Source of the DNA: an archaeon
GTDB taxonomy: Archaea; Asgardarchaeota; Thorarchaeia; Thorarchaeales; Thorarchaeaceae
NCBI GenBank assembly: GCA_024275415.1
Contig: JAJRZD010000090.1
Coordinates: 1 to 8,240 of the forward strand
Direction: 5' to 3'
DNA length: 8,240 nucleotides
The position numbers were made by a program, and so were the translations under genes. Under the pieces are notes generated by a model. The model searched no databases. It had not been told where the DNA came from and saw nothing but the letters and a program-made list of their open reading frames with translations. Of this stretch, positions 1 to 6,259 are shown piece by piece (position 1 is the first letter of the stretch; each line of letters opens with the position of its first letter).

Positions 1-104
1 AAACCAGTTGGAGGATGGCAATTCGAGGGCATCTCCCCATAACGCATTTTGTGAGAACGTTCATAGGGCAAGGCTTATGTCGTATCTATTAACAATGGTT
101 ATCT

Positions 105-1085
105 ATGGAATATGTACAACTGGGAGCGTCTGGCTTGCGTATCTCCAGATTTGTTCTGGGTACCATGCAGATGGGCTGGATCATTGATGAGAAAACGAGT
201 CACAGAGTGCTTGATGCAGCCCTTGAAGCAGGGATAATGACTATCGATACGGCAGACATCTATAGCAAGTGGGGCGAGGGATCACACTCTGGTAAATCTG
301 AGGAGATTATAGGCAGATGGCTTAGCGGTCGCGGAACGCGAGAGGAGATAGTGTTGGCGACAAAAGTAAGAGGGGACATGAGTGAACGACCGAATGATGT
401 TGGACTTTCTCGGAAGCATATCATCGCGTCGATAGCAAAGAGTTGTGACAGGTTGCAAACTGAATTCATAGATCTTTACTGGAGCCATTGGCCTGATGAG
501 GAAGTCAGTCAAGAAGAAACGCTCAGGGCATTCAACAAACTTGTTGATGACGGAATAGTACATTACATCGGCGCATCGAATCATACGGCTGCCGAACTGG
601 TCGAATCATTGTGGATGAGTGATAGATACGGGCTGGGACGATATGTTGCAATCCAGATACCATATAGTCTTGCAAGGCGAAGGGACTATGAGAAGCATCT
701 CCTACCAGTTGTGAAAAAGTACAAGTTTGGCGTGACGAGTTATAGTCCACTTGGAGGGGGATTTCTTACTGGGAAATATACGGAGGACAAGCTTCCAGAC
801 TCGAAGAGAGCAGAAACGACCAAGGCAAGGTATTTCAAGAATCGGAACTTCAAGATTGTCGATGTTCTAAAGGAAGTGGCGTCGCGAAATGATTGCACTC
901 TCCCACAAGCAGCACTGGCATGGGTCCTTTCGAAAGAAACAATCACAGCACCGATAATCGGAGTGAATTCCGTGGAGCAGCTTGAGCAGAATCTACTTGC
1001 ACTGGAACTAAATCTGCCAGATGATGACCTGAAGATGCTTGACGAGGTATCGGATTGGGAGGATATGGACTTCATCGCTCGATAG
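105..1085 (+). CDS. Aldo/keto reductase (NAD(P)H-dependent; YajO/Tas/Kv-beta-like AKR), 326 aa
   Basis: AKR motifs in order: LGTMQMG, IDTADIYS (catalytic Asp/Tyr), LATKV (Lys), IDLYWSHWPD (His), IGASN, YSPLGGGFLTGKY, PIIGVNSVEQLEQNL. Confidence 0.96.
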   Translation: MEYVQLGASGLRISRFVLGTMQMGWIIDEKTSHRVLDAALEAGIMTIDTADIYSKWGEGSHSGKSEEIIGRWLSGRGTREEIVLATKVRGDMSERPNDVGLSRKHIIASIAKSCDRLQTEFIDLYWSHWPDEEVSQEETLRAFNKLVDDGIVHYIGASNHTAAELVESLWMSDRYGLGRYVAIQIPYSLARRRDYEKHLLPVVKKYKFGVTSYSPLGGGFLTGKYTEDKLPDSKRAETTKARYFKNRNFKIVDVLKEVASRNDCTLPQAALAWVLSKETITAPIIGVNSVEQLEQNLLALELNLPDDDLKMLDEVSDWEDMDFIAR

Positions 1086-1118
1086 ACACTGTTTTCGAAA
1101 ATTCGAACAGTTTGTCTA
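1083..1118 (+). terminator. Stem-loop directly after the AKR stop codon (possible terminator or processing hairpin)
   Basis: TAGACA(1083-1088)+CTGTT(1089-1093) pair with AACAG(1106-1110)+TGTCTA(1113-1118), with a 2-nt bulge and a 12-nt loop. No strong U-tract follows. Confidence 0.4.
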
Positions 1119-1183
1119 ATCAAGAAAGCTTCTTTAATCTCTCGCAGGGTGTATGGTACAGACATACTGACAGGGGACGCAAT

Positions 1184-1876
1184 ATGCGCACGGTGCTGAA
1201 GCTTGGTGGGTCACTCCTTTACGATGCTGCTGACGAAGTGATGATTGATCGTATCAAAGAGTATGCGGATACGATTGCAGACCTTACAAAACACGGCCAT
1301 CAGTTTGCTATCGTTGTGGGGGGAGGAAGACCTGCAAGGAAGTTCATTGCTGCAGCTAGGGAGCTGGGAGCAAGTGAGGCACAGTGTGATTGGCTCGGGA
1401 TTAAGATTGCACGCCATAATGCCGAGCTATTGTCCGCAGCGCTAGGGAACGTTGCGTATCCGAGAATCGCAGAAACACTGGATGAGCTCGAAATCGCTTC
1501 ATGCACAGGAAGGGTCGTCCTGATGGGAGGCCTGACTCCTGGGCAGTCCACAAATGCCGTTGCTGCATTGGCTGCGGAATCGATTCACGCAGAATTGCTT
1601 CTCAATGCAACCAATGTGGACGGTGTCTACGATCGTGATCCTAAGGAGTCCGGTGCGAAACGGTTCGATTCAATACACATCTCGGATCTCAAGGAGGTTC
1701 TTTCAGGAGGGGGCACTAAAGCGGGCGAGTATAAGCTCTTTGATCCAGTTGCACTCAGGGTGGTCGAACGTTCCAAGCTCAAAACCGTCATATTCGATGG
1801 AAGGAAACCCGATAACATTCGGAAATTGATGGACGGGGAACAGATTGGGACAATAATCACACATGAGATGTCTTGA
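1184..1876 (+). CDS. pyrH: Uridylate (UMP) kinase, archaeal type, 230 aa
   Basis: Motifs VLKLGGS, IVVGGG, MGGLTPGQSTNAVAALAAE, ATNVDGVYDRDPK, LFDPVALRVVERS. Start moved from 1055 to ATG 1184 because the family begins at the KLGGS strand and a TTTAAT TATA-like element lies at 1133-1138. Confidence 0.96.
   Translation: MRTVLKLGGSLLYDAADEVMIDRIKEYADTIADLTKHGHQFAIVVGGGRPARKFIAAARELGASEAQCDWLGIKIARHNAELLSAALGNVAYPRIAETLDELEIASCTGRVVLMGGLTPGQSTNAVAALAAESIHAELLLNATNVDGVYDRDPKESGAKRFDSIHISDLKEVLSGGGTKAGEYKLFDPVALRVVERSKLKTVIFDGRKPDNIRKLMDGEQIGTIITHEMS
1804..1830 (+). repeat. Direct repeat copy 1 (inside the pyrH 3' end) of a 27-bp sequence repeated at 3303-3329
   Basis: GAAACCCGATAACATTCGGAAATTGAT vs GAAACCTGATAACATTCGGAAATTGAT: 26/27 identical, last 20 nt exact. 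Confidence 0.92.
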
Positions 1877-1893
1877 CGACGGGGGTTGCTTGA

Positions 1894-2196
1894 ATGGAAG
1901 AATTGCTAGAACAGATTTTCTCATCGCGTGCACAAACAAGAGTCATACAACACTTTCTTGACAGACCAAAAGAGTTCTTCAACTTGAGCAGGATAGCAAA
2001 AGAAACCAAGCTTGCTCATTCAACTATCCATAGGGTGATGCAACCTCTTGTCGACATGAGATTGATAAAAGAAATCAAAGTGGGACAGCAGATCAGGTTG
2101 TTCATCCTAGAAACCGAGGATGACAAGTCAAAAGTCCTTGCCGAGTTCTACGAGAAAATCAAACCTCTTCTAAGGGAGATGCGAGCCCATCAATAG
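1894..2196 (+). CDS. Small winged helix-turn-helix protein (ArsR-like; resembles archaeal stand-alone or MNT-associated wHTH), 100 aa
   Basis: IFSSRAQTRVIQHF-x-NLSRIAKETKLAHSTIHRVMQPLVDMRLIKEIKVGQQIRLF fits the wHTH helix/wing pattern. Starts 17 nt after the pyrH stop, behind a G-rich SD-like run. Confidence 0.8.
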   Translation: MEELLEQIFSSRAQTRVIQHFLDRPKEFFNLSRIAKETKLAHSTIHRVMQPLVDMRLIKEIKVGQQIRLFILETEDDKSKVLAEFYEKIKPLLREMRAHQ

Positions 2197-2202
2197 CGAC
2201 CA

Positions 2203-2991
2203 CTAATCATCTTGGAAAAACTCAACCAGCAGTCGGTTCAGACGCTCGGGCATCTGAACACCTGGACTATGACCACAATCTGGAAGTGTAACCAGTTTTG
2301 AGTTTGGGATTAGACCGGCTGCCTCTCTGGCCAGAGAAACATCGAAAATCCGGTCCTTTTCGCCATGAATAATCAGAGTTGGGACATTGATTTCATGTAA
2401 ACGTTCCTCAGCATTGAACATCGATAAGCCTAGTCCTGCAGCTAAAACGCCTTCTGCATTGAGAAGGTTCTCCTTGTTCATCAAATGGTCTATGACCTCC
2501 TTGTTCTGGTCGATGAAATCCTCCGGGTAGCAGCTCTTTATTGACGCCCAGAAATATGCCTCATCGCCGCCTTCAACTTGAGCTTCCCTCCAACCATAGA
2601 CCTCATCGACTACCTCCTCTGTGATCTTTGGCCCAGTGGATATCAGAACCAGCTTCTTGACCCGCTCAGAGAAGTCAAGAACGAATTGCTGTGCTATGAT
2701 ACCGCCCATAGAGGTGCCAGCTACCGAAACCTCATCAATCCCTATGTGATCAAGAAAGGCATTCAAATCGCGGGCGAATATTTCTGCCGTGACTACATCC
2801 ATCCCAGGTCCGGTGGAATGGCCGTGACCACGTTGGTCAAGCAAGATGACCTTGAAGTGTTCAGAGAGAGAACCTTCCTGAAACTCCCAGCCGCTCATAT
2901 CACTTCCCAGTCCATGAATAAGTAACACAGAGTCCCCCTCACCCAGAATTTTGTATTTGAGAGTGATGTCATCCAGCGCGACTTCGTTCAT
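2203..2991 (-). CDS. Alpha/beta-fold hydrolase (PcaD/MhpC-like esterase or enol-lactonase), about 262 aa
   Basis: HGLG oxyanion loop, DQRGHGHS, nucleophile elbow GTSMGG, acid in IIHGEKD, catalytic His in DCGH. Start placed at ATG 2991 (MNEV...), because a TTTAAG TATA-like box on the minus strand at about 3028-3033 overlaps the longer 3027 start. Confidence 0.93.
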   Translation of the reverse strand: MNEVALDDITLKYKILGEGDSVLLIHGLGSDMSGWEFQEGSLSEHFKVILLDQRGHGHSTGPGMDVVTAEIFARDLNAFLDHIGIDEVSVAGTSMGGIIAQQFVLDFSERVKKLVLISTGPKITEEVVDEVYGWREAQVEGGDEAYFWASIKSCYPEDFIDQNKEVIDHLMNKENLLNAEGVLAAGLGLSMFNAEERLHEINVPTLIIHGEKDRIFDVSLAREAAGLIPNSKLVTLPDCGHSPGVQMPERLNRLLVEFFQDD

Positions 2992-3071
2992 GTTCAAACA
3001 CCAAAAAACGACATGATTCCGTACCAACTTAAAGATACTCGGGACGTAAACGATAGACGGGCAACAGAGCC

Positions 3072-3086
3072 AAAACGGCTATATTG
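3072..3086 (+). promoter_or_regulatory. Putative BRE/TATA promoter of the tRNA
   Basis: AAAACGG-CTATATTG about 30-44 nt upstream of tRNA G1. A similar AAACGG...CTATATTT element precedes the 3542 gene. Confidence 0.4.
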
Positions 3087-3153
3087 GATTTGAATAGAAA
3101 TCAGATAGTAAAAGTGCCGAGATAGCCAAGCGGTCAACGGCGGTGGACTCAAG

Positions 3154-3191
3154 ATCGCGTATCAACTACATCGCTAGACCTGCGAGGAGGT
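3154..3191 (+). other. tRNA intron 1, canonical 37/38 position, 38 nt, relaxed BHB
   Basis: Central helix C32-U33-C34-A35 with GGAG (3 Watson-Crick pairs plus an A.G mismatch). Bulges A36-G37-A and G-U-A38. Inner helix TCGC(3155-3158)/GCGA(3182-3185). Confidence 0.88.
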
Positions 3192-3221
3192 ATCCACTCT
3201 CGTAGGAGTTCATGGGTTCGA

Positions 3222-3251
3222 ACAGCTATGCATTTCGCATAACTGGAGCAA
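3222..3251 (+). other. tRNA intron 2, non-canonical 58/59 (T-loop) position, 30 nt
   Basis: Central helix G53-U54-U55-C56 with GAGC(3246-3249). Three-nt bulges GAA(3220-3222) and AAA(3250-3252). Inner hairpin CAG-C-TATGC/GCATA-A-CTG. Removal restores T-loop TTCGAAT. Confidence 0.85.
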
Positions 3252-3272
3252 ATCCCATTCTCGGCACCAACC

Positions 3273-3281
3273 TCTTTTTCT
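3273..3281 (+). terminator. Oligo-T tract after the tRNA (archaeal-type terminator)
   Basis: TCTTTTTCT begins 4 nt after the CCA end. Confidence 0.55.
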
Positions 3282-3302
3282 AAAGCGTAAATGCAAGAGT
3301 AC

Positions 3303-3329
3303 GAAACCTGATAACATTCGGAAATTGAT
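3303..3329 (+). repeat. Direct repeat copy 2: isolated pyrH 3' fragment downstream of the tRNA
   Basis: Matches 1804-1830 at 26/27 nt. The flanks diverge at once on both sides. Confidence 0.92.
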
Positions 3330-3541
3330 CTACATCACACGCGCATTAGAGTGGCAGATACCGGATATGTGTGGAAAGTCCAACCGGAGGTCATAAAATC
3401 GATGGTGGTCGAGGTGTTGGAGTTCTGACACGCAATCATTCGTGCTGATTTCAAACAGAAACCACAAGTTTACTTTTCACACAACGCCGCAGATACCAGA
3501 GAGATAATAAACGGATACTATATTTCAAAGAGAGAGATACG

Positions 3542-3760
3542 ATGAACAAAAGAGCAGTTTCAGGTATTGTACTTTCAATTGTCATCTTCACAATCTGGAT
3601 AGTGATTGACATAGTCTTCTTCCCTTCGATTATAGGATCATTAGGATATCCAGTCTTCGAGATTGTAGCCTATGGCTCATGGTTTATGATAATGTTGATA
3701 CTATTGGCCATACTGTCGGTGACAAGAGCCATCCCTACTCGGTTCTTATCTGAGCGATGA
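3542..3760 (+). CDS. Small hypothetical membrane protein (2 predicted TM helices), 72 aa
   Basis: Basic N-terminus (MNKR) and two long hydrophobic stretches. TATA-like CTATATTT lies about 20-25 nt upstream of the ATG. Confidence 0.72.
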   Translation: MNKRAVSGIVLSIVIFTIWIVIDIVFFPSIIGSLGYPVFEIVAYGSWFMIMLILLAILSVTRAIPTRFLSER

Positions 3761-3877
3761 CATGACAGAATCCTGTGATCAATCATGTTCTTGGCATTGC
3801 AATGTGAGATGACCCATCATACGCGTGGTAAGGAACTATTTATATCGGAGTTGCACAATAGCACAGACTGAGAGATA

Positions 3878-4399
3878 TTGCCGTTCACACCATTCCACTT
3901 CGGTCCTGCATTGCTTACCGGAGTTCTGCTTTTCCCATTCATTGATCTTGTAGCAATCATGGTTTCCAGTGTGATTCTTGACATCGAACCATTCCTTGTG
4001 TTGTTCCTCAGACTACAGGCGCCACTACATGGACTCTCACACACCTATCTTGTCGCAACAATTGTTGCCATCCTTACTGCTGGTGTCCTTTGGCTATTAC
4101 GAACGCCAATCACTGACATCGCGTCCATGTTTGGTGTGACACAGGAACCGAGCAAACAGGGCATTTTTCTCGCCTGTCTTTTTGGAACCTATTCGCATGT
4201 CCTCATGGACTCGTTCATCTACGCCGAGATGAATCCTTTCTTCCCCATCGTAGGAAATCCATTTCTTGGGCTTGTTGCAGTTGCAGTGATCTATCAGTTC
4301 TGTTTGTACAGTGGCATCGTCGGGTTCCTGCTCTATTTCATCAGGTTCTACATCATAGGGAAAAGGCCCGGTTCAGATGTCGTGGATCCATTCCAATAA
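3878..4399 (+). CDS. Membrane-bound metal-dependent hydrolase-like protein (YdjM/DUF457-like), 173 aa, TTG start
   Basis: N-terminal MPFTPFHFGP, D in VILDIEP, HGLSHT and SHVLMD His/Asp motifs, several TM segments. An in-frame stop at 3869 forces the TTG start. TTTATA box at about 3839-3844. Confidence 0.8.
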   Translation: MPFTPFHFGPALLTGVLLFPFIDLVAIMVSSVILDIEPFLVLFLRLQAPLHGLSHTYLVATIVAILTAGVLWLLRTPITDIASMFGVTQEPSKQGIFLACLFGTYSHVLMDSFIYAEMNPFFPIVGNPFLGLVAVAVIYQFCLYSGIVGFLLYFIRFYIIGKRPGSDVVDPFQ

Positions 4400-4467
4400 T
4401 GAACGTACTCTATTCGAAAGGATTTCGGACTCTCACACTATCAACCATTTCTTGCACACCTAGTAAT

Positions 4468-4515
4468 ACTTATAAGTGTATGTCATACTATACTATGTAA
4501 TGCATAGTGCAGTAT
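4468..4515 (+). promoter_or_regulatory. padR promoter: TATA box followed by a 31-bp imperfect palindrome (putative PadR operator)
   Basis: ACTTATAAGT at 4468-4477, then ATACT-AT-ACTATG-TAATG-CATAGT-GC-AGTAT at 4485-4515. 11 of 13 arm positions are complementary about axis 4500, where the transcription start is expected. Confidence 0.72.
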
Positions 4516-4540
4516 ATCACATGATGAGGTGTATTACAAG

Positions 4541-4588
4541 ATGAAAACTATTCGAGAAAACTACAATTTTACAGGTGACGGGTCATGA
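4541..4588 (+). other. Possible 15-aa leader mini-ORF (MKTIRENYNFTGDGS) coupled to padR by an ATGA overlap
   Basis: SD-like GAGGTG at 4526-4531. Its stop TGA (4586-4588) overlaps the padR ATG (4585-4587). Confidence 0.3.
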
Positions 4589-4953
4589 CACCGAAGTCAA
4601 GCAAGGCTCTTGAAGAATTCGAACGTTGGAGCAAGGAAGTGAAGCGGGGTGCAGCCTCGCTGGCAATCCTAGCTGTGCTTGATGAGCGGGAAGCGTATGG
4701 CTACGAAATTGTGCAGCAGCTGAGCTTCAAGGTATCATTTCTACAGCTTGAGCAGGGGACAGTGTACCCATTGCTTCGAAGACTAGAACAGCGCGGGCTC
4801 TTGAACAGTAGATGGGATCAAGCAGATCCTGCAAAGCCCAAGAAATACTACCATCTCACACAGGATGGGAAGAATGCCTTGGGCATGATGATGGAAACAT
4901 GGTCTGTACTATCAGAGGAGATGAAAAAACTAAGCAAAGGAGTTGAATACTAG
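4585..4953 (+). CDS. PadR-family transcriptional regulator (short subfamily-2 type), 122 aa
   Basis: KRGAASLAILAVL, AYGYEIVQQL, GTVYPLLRRLEQRGLL, KKYYHLTQDGK. SD AGGTGA at 4573-4578. Confidence 0.95.
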   Translation: MTPKSSKALEEFERWSKEVKRGAASLAILAVLDEREAYGYEIVQQLSFKVSFLQLEQGTVYPLLRRLEQRGLLNSRWDQADPAKPKKYYHLTQDGKNALGMMMETWSVLSEEMKKLSKGVEY

Positions 4954-6036
4954 ATGACTGACAAACCTATCGATTTGATTGAGAAATACTTGGAACGAGT
5001 GCGGGTATATCTGCCGTTGGGAAGCGAGGAAATCCTTACAGAAATCAGGACACACCTCATTGAAGAAGCTGAGAATCTTGGACAGGGACAGGTTACCCAT
5101 GGTTCTGCAATGCTAGCAGTTGAACGATTTGGCGATCCGAAAGATGCAGCTAATGAGTGGGCGGGAACTGGGAAAAAGGTCGGCCCAGTGCCTGCAGAAT
5201 ATGCTATACCACTGGTCAAGATAACACTGACACTGATTGCACTGGGAGCCGTATTCATTGTGGGTGCATCTATCGTGAATTATGCGGCGCCAGAGATATG
5301 GGGGATAATTAACTTTCCATTGAGCATCGGAATAATGGTAGTGATATCGCTCATCTATGCATTCATGATTATTGGAGGCCTGTCTTACATAGATAGCAGA
5401 GGAAAACCTCCTACTGAGATGACAACATTAGAAAGTGTGCTTGGTGTTGCAAGTGGTGCGTTCAAGCCGAAACCAAGAGTGGATGCCGCAGGAGGCTTCT
5501 TCTTCGGGTTGGTATTTGCGATAGTGATTGCATCCCCATTTGTTCGAAATGCTCTAACGGCTGAAGCTCTCCTTTTCGTCAACGTCTTTGTCGGTCTTAT
5601 GGTGGTAGAAGCATTTGTGAACTTGATGTTCTATCTGTTCGGTGAGAATAATGTGAACCTCTTGTTGCAGGCAATAATGAGTGGCGCATGGATTGTGCTG
5701 TCCATGTTCCTGATCAATCTGGCGTTCCCGTTAAATGGCTTCTACAAGTACTCAAGCTCTGTAGGTTGGACTTTCATGACCTTTGAAGAACTGTTTCAAA
5801 CGTTCCCCGAACTTGGAACCTACTTGCCTCTGAACTTGGTTTGGGTCTTCATAGTCTTCGTGATTGTCATAACCAATCTCTGGAATGCATTGGTTGCATC
5901 CATGAAGATCCCCATGTACTTGCAGGCTGGAAAAGGTTGGTGGTGGAAAGGAGGATGGGGCGAGAAGAGATGGAAGCGATACCGAAGCCCAGACAGGAAG
6001 AAATCTAGAGAAAGAAACATTGCAAGTAATTACTAG
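4954..6036 (+). CDS. Multi-pass membrane protein with N-terminal HAAS / permease-prefix-like helical domain (PadR partner), 360 aa
   Basis: IEKYLERVRVYL...EIRTHLIEEAE...AVERFGDPKDAANE matches the HAAS-type pattern. About 6 hydrophobic helices. ATG abuts the padR stop (TAGATG), with SD AGGAG at 4938-4942. Confidence 0.82.
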   Translation: MTDKPIDLIEKYLERVRVYLPLGSEEILTEIRTHLIEEAENLGQGQVTHGSAMLAVERFGDPKDAANEWAGTGKKVGPVPAEYAIPLVKITLTLIALGAVFIVGASIVNYAAPEIWGIINFPLSIGIMVVISLIYAFMIIGGLSYIDSRGKPPTEMTTLESVLGVASGAFKPKPRVDAAGGFFFGLVFAIVIASPFVRNALTAEALLFVNVFVGLMVVEAFVNLMFYLFGENNVNLLLQAIMSGAWIVLSMFLINLAFPLNGFYKYSSSVGWTFMTFEELFQTFPELGTYLPLNLVWVFIVFVIVITNLWNALVASMKIPMYLQAGKGWWWKGGWGEKRWKRYRSPDRKKSRERNIASNY

Positions 6037-6043
6037 ATGATAC

Positions 6044-6074
6044 AGGAGCGGATACCGCTCCTTGCATTCTTTTT
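6044..6074 (+). terminator. Hairpin + U-tract terminator of the padR operon
   Basis: AGGAGCGG-ATA-CCGCTCCT (perfect 8-bp stem) followed by TGCATTCTTTTT, starting 8 nt after the stop. Confidence 0.72.
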
Positions 6075-6220
6075 AATTATCACGACCTGCCCGGATGACA
6101 CTTGTATTGGTGGCTGAAAACTGTAAATGAAGAGTAATGAAGCTTCATAAAACGTCTAGAGTTATTTTACGGATTATGAAAGCCTTCTTGGGCCGGAGTT
6201 CAACAATCTTCTTAACGCTT

Positions 6221-6232
6221 GTTATATATAAC
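6221..6232 (+). promoter_or_regulatory. Palindromic TATA box of the surface-protein gene
   Basis: GTTATATATAAC (perfect 12-bp palindrome) ends 28 nt before ATG 6260. SD AGGTGA at 6250-6255. Confidence 0.62.
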
Positions 6233-6259
6233 TTGACGGAGAGCATCATAGGTGATTCA

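Larger units (their letters stand above)
3116..3269 (+). tRNA. tRNA-Leu(CAA) with two introns (3154-3191 and 3222-3251). Mature length 86 nt, CCA encoded
   Basis: Acceptor GCCGAGA/TCTCGGC + A73 + CCA. D-arm GCCAAGCGGTCAACGGC. Anticodon stem GTGGA/TCCAC with loop CT-CAA-G|A. Class II variable arm CTC-GTAG-GAG. T-stem ATGGG/CCCAT with loop TTCGA|AT. Confidence 0.95.

Noticed and set aside
1-64. Possible start of a divergent minus-strand gene (ATG at 64, MNVLTKCVMGRCPRIAILQLV...)
   Set aside because: Only about 21 codons visible and no recognisable motif.
1055-1183. 43-aa N-terminal extension of pyrH in the ORF track
   Set aside because: It overlaps the AKR stop, the hairpin and the TATA-like element. 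UMP kinase homology starts at Met 1184.
260-1939. Short overlapping or antisense ORFs (260-469, 282-584, 532-750, 740-1165, 1211-1417, 1245-1445, 1300-1551, 1554-1829, 1627-1860, 1703-1939)
   Set aside because: Shadow frames of the well-supported AKR and pyrH genes, with no family motifs.
3154-3251. C/D-box guide RNA inside the tRNA introns
   Set aside because: No RUGAUGA or CUGA boxes, and both introns are too short.
3219-3252. Alternative junctions for the T-loop intron (55/56, 56/57, 57/58, 59/60)
   Set aside because: All give a 7-nt loop, but only 58/59 places both cuts after the second base of 3-nt bulges flanking a 4-bp helix.
1804-3329. CRISPR repeat interpretation of the 27-bp duplication
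   Set aside because: Only two copies, 1.5 kb apart, one inside a coding gene. No spacer periodicity and no cas genes.
3354-3497. GCAGATACC 9-mer repeated at 3354 and 3489
   Set aside because: Too short to exceed chance expectation.
6137-6259. 41-aa N-terminal extension of the surface protein, including the ATGAAGCTTCAT palindrome at 6137-6148
   Set aside because: TATA (6221-6232), SD (6250-6255) and the signal peptide all point to ATG 6260. The single 12-bp palindrome has no supporting context.
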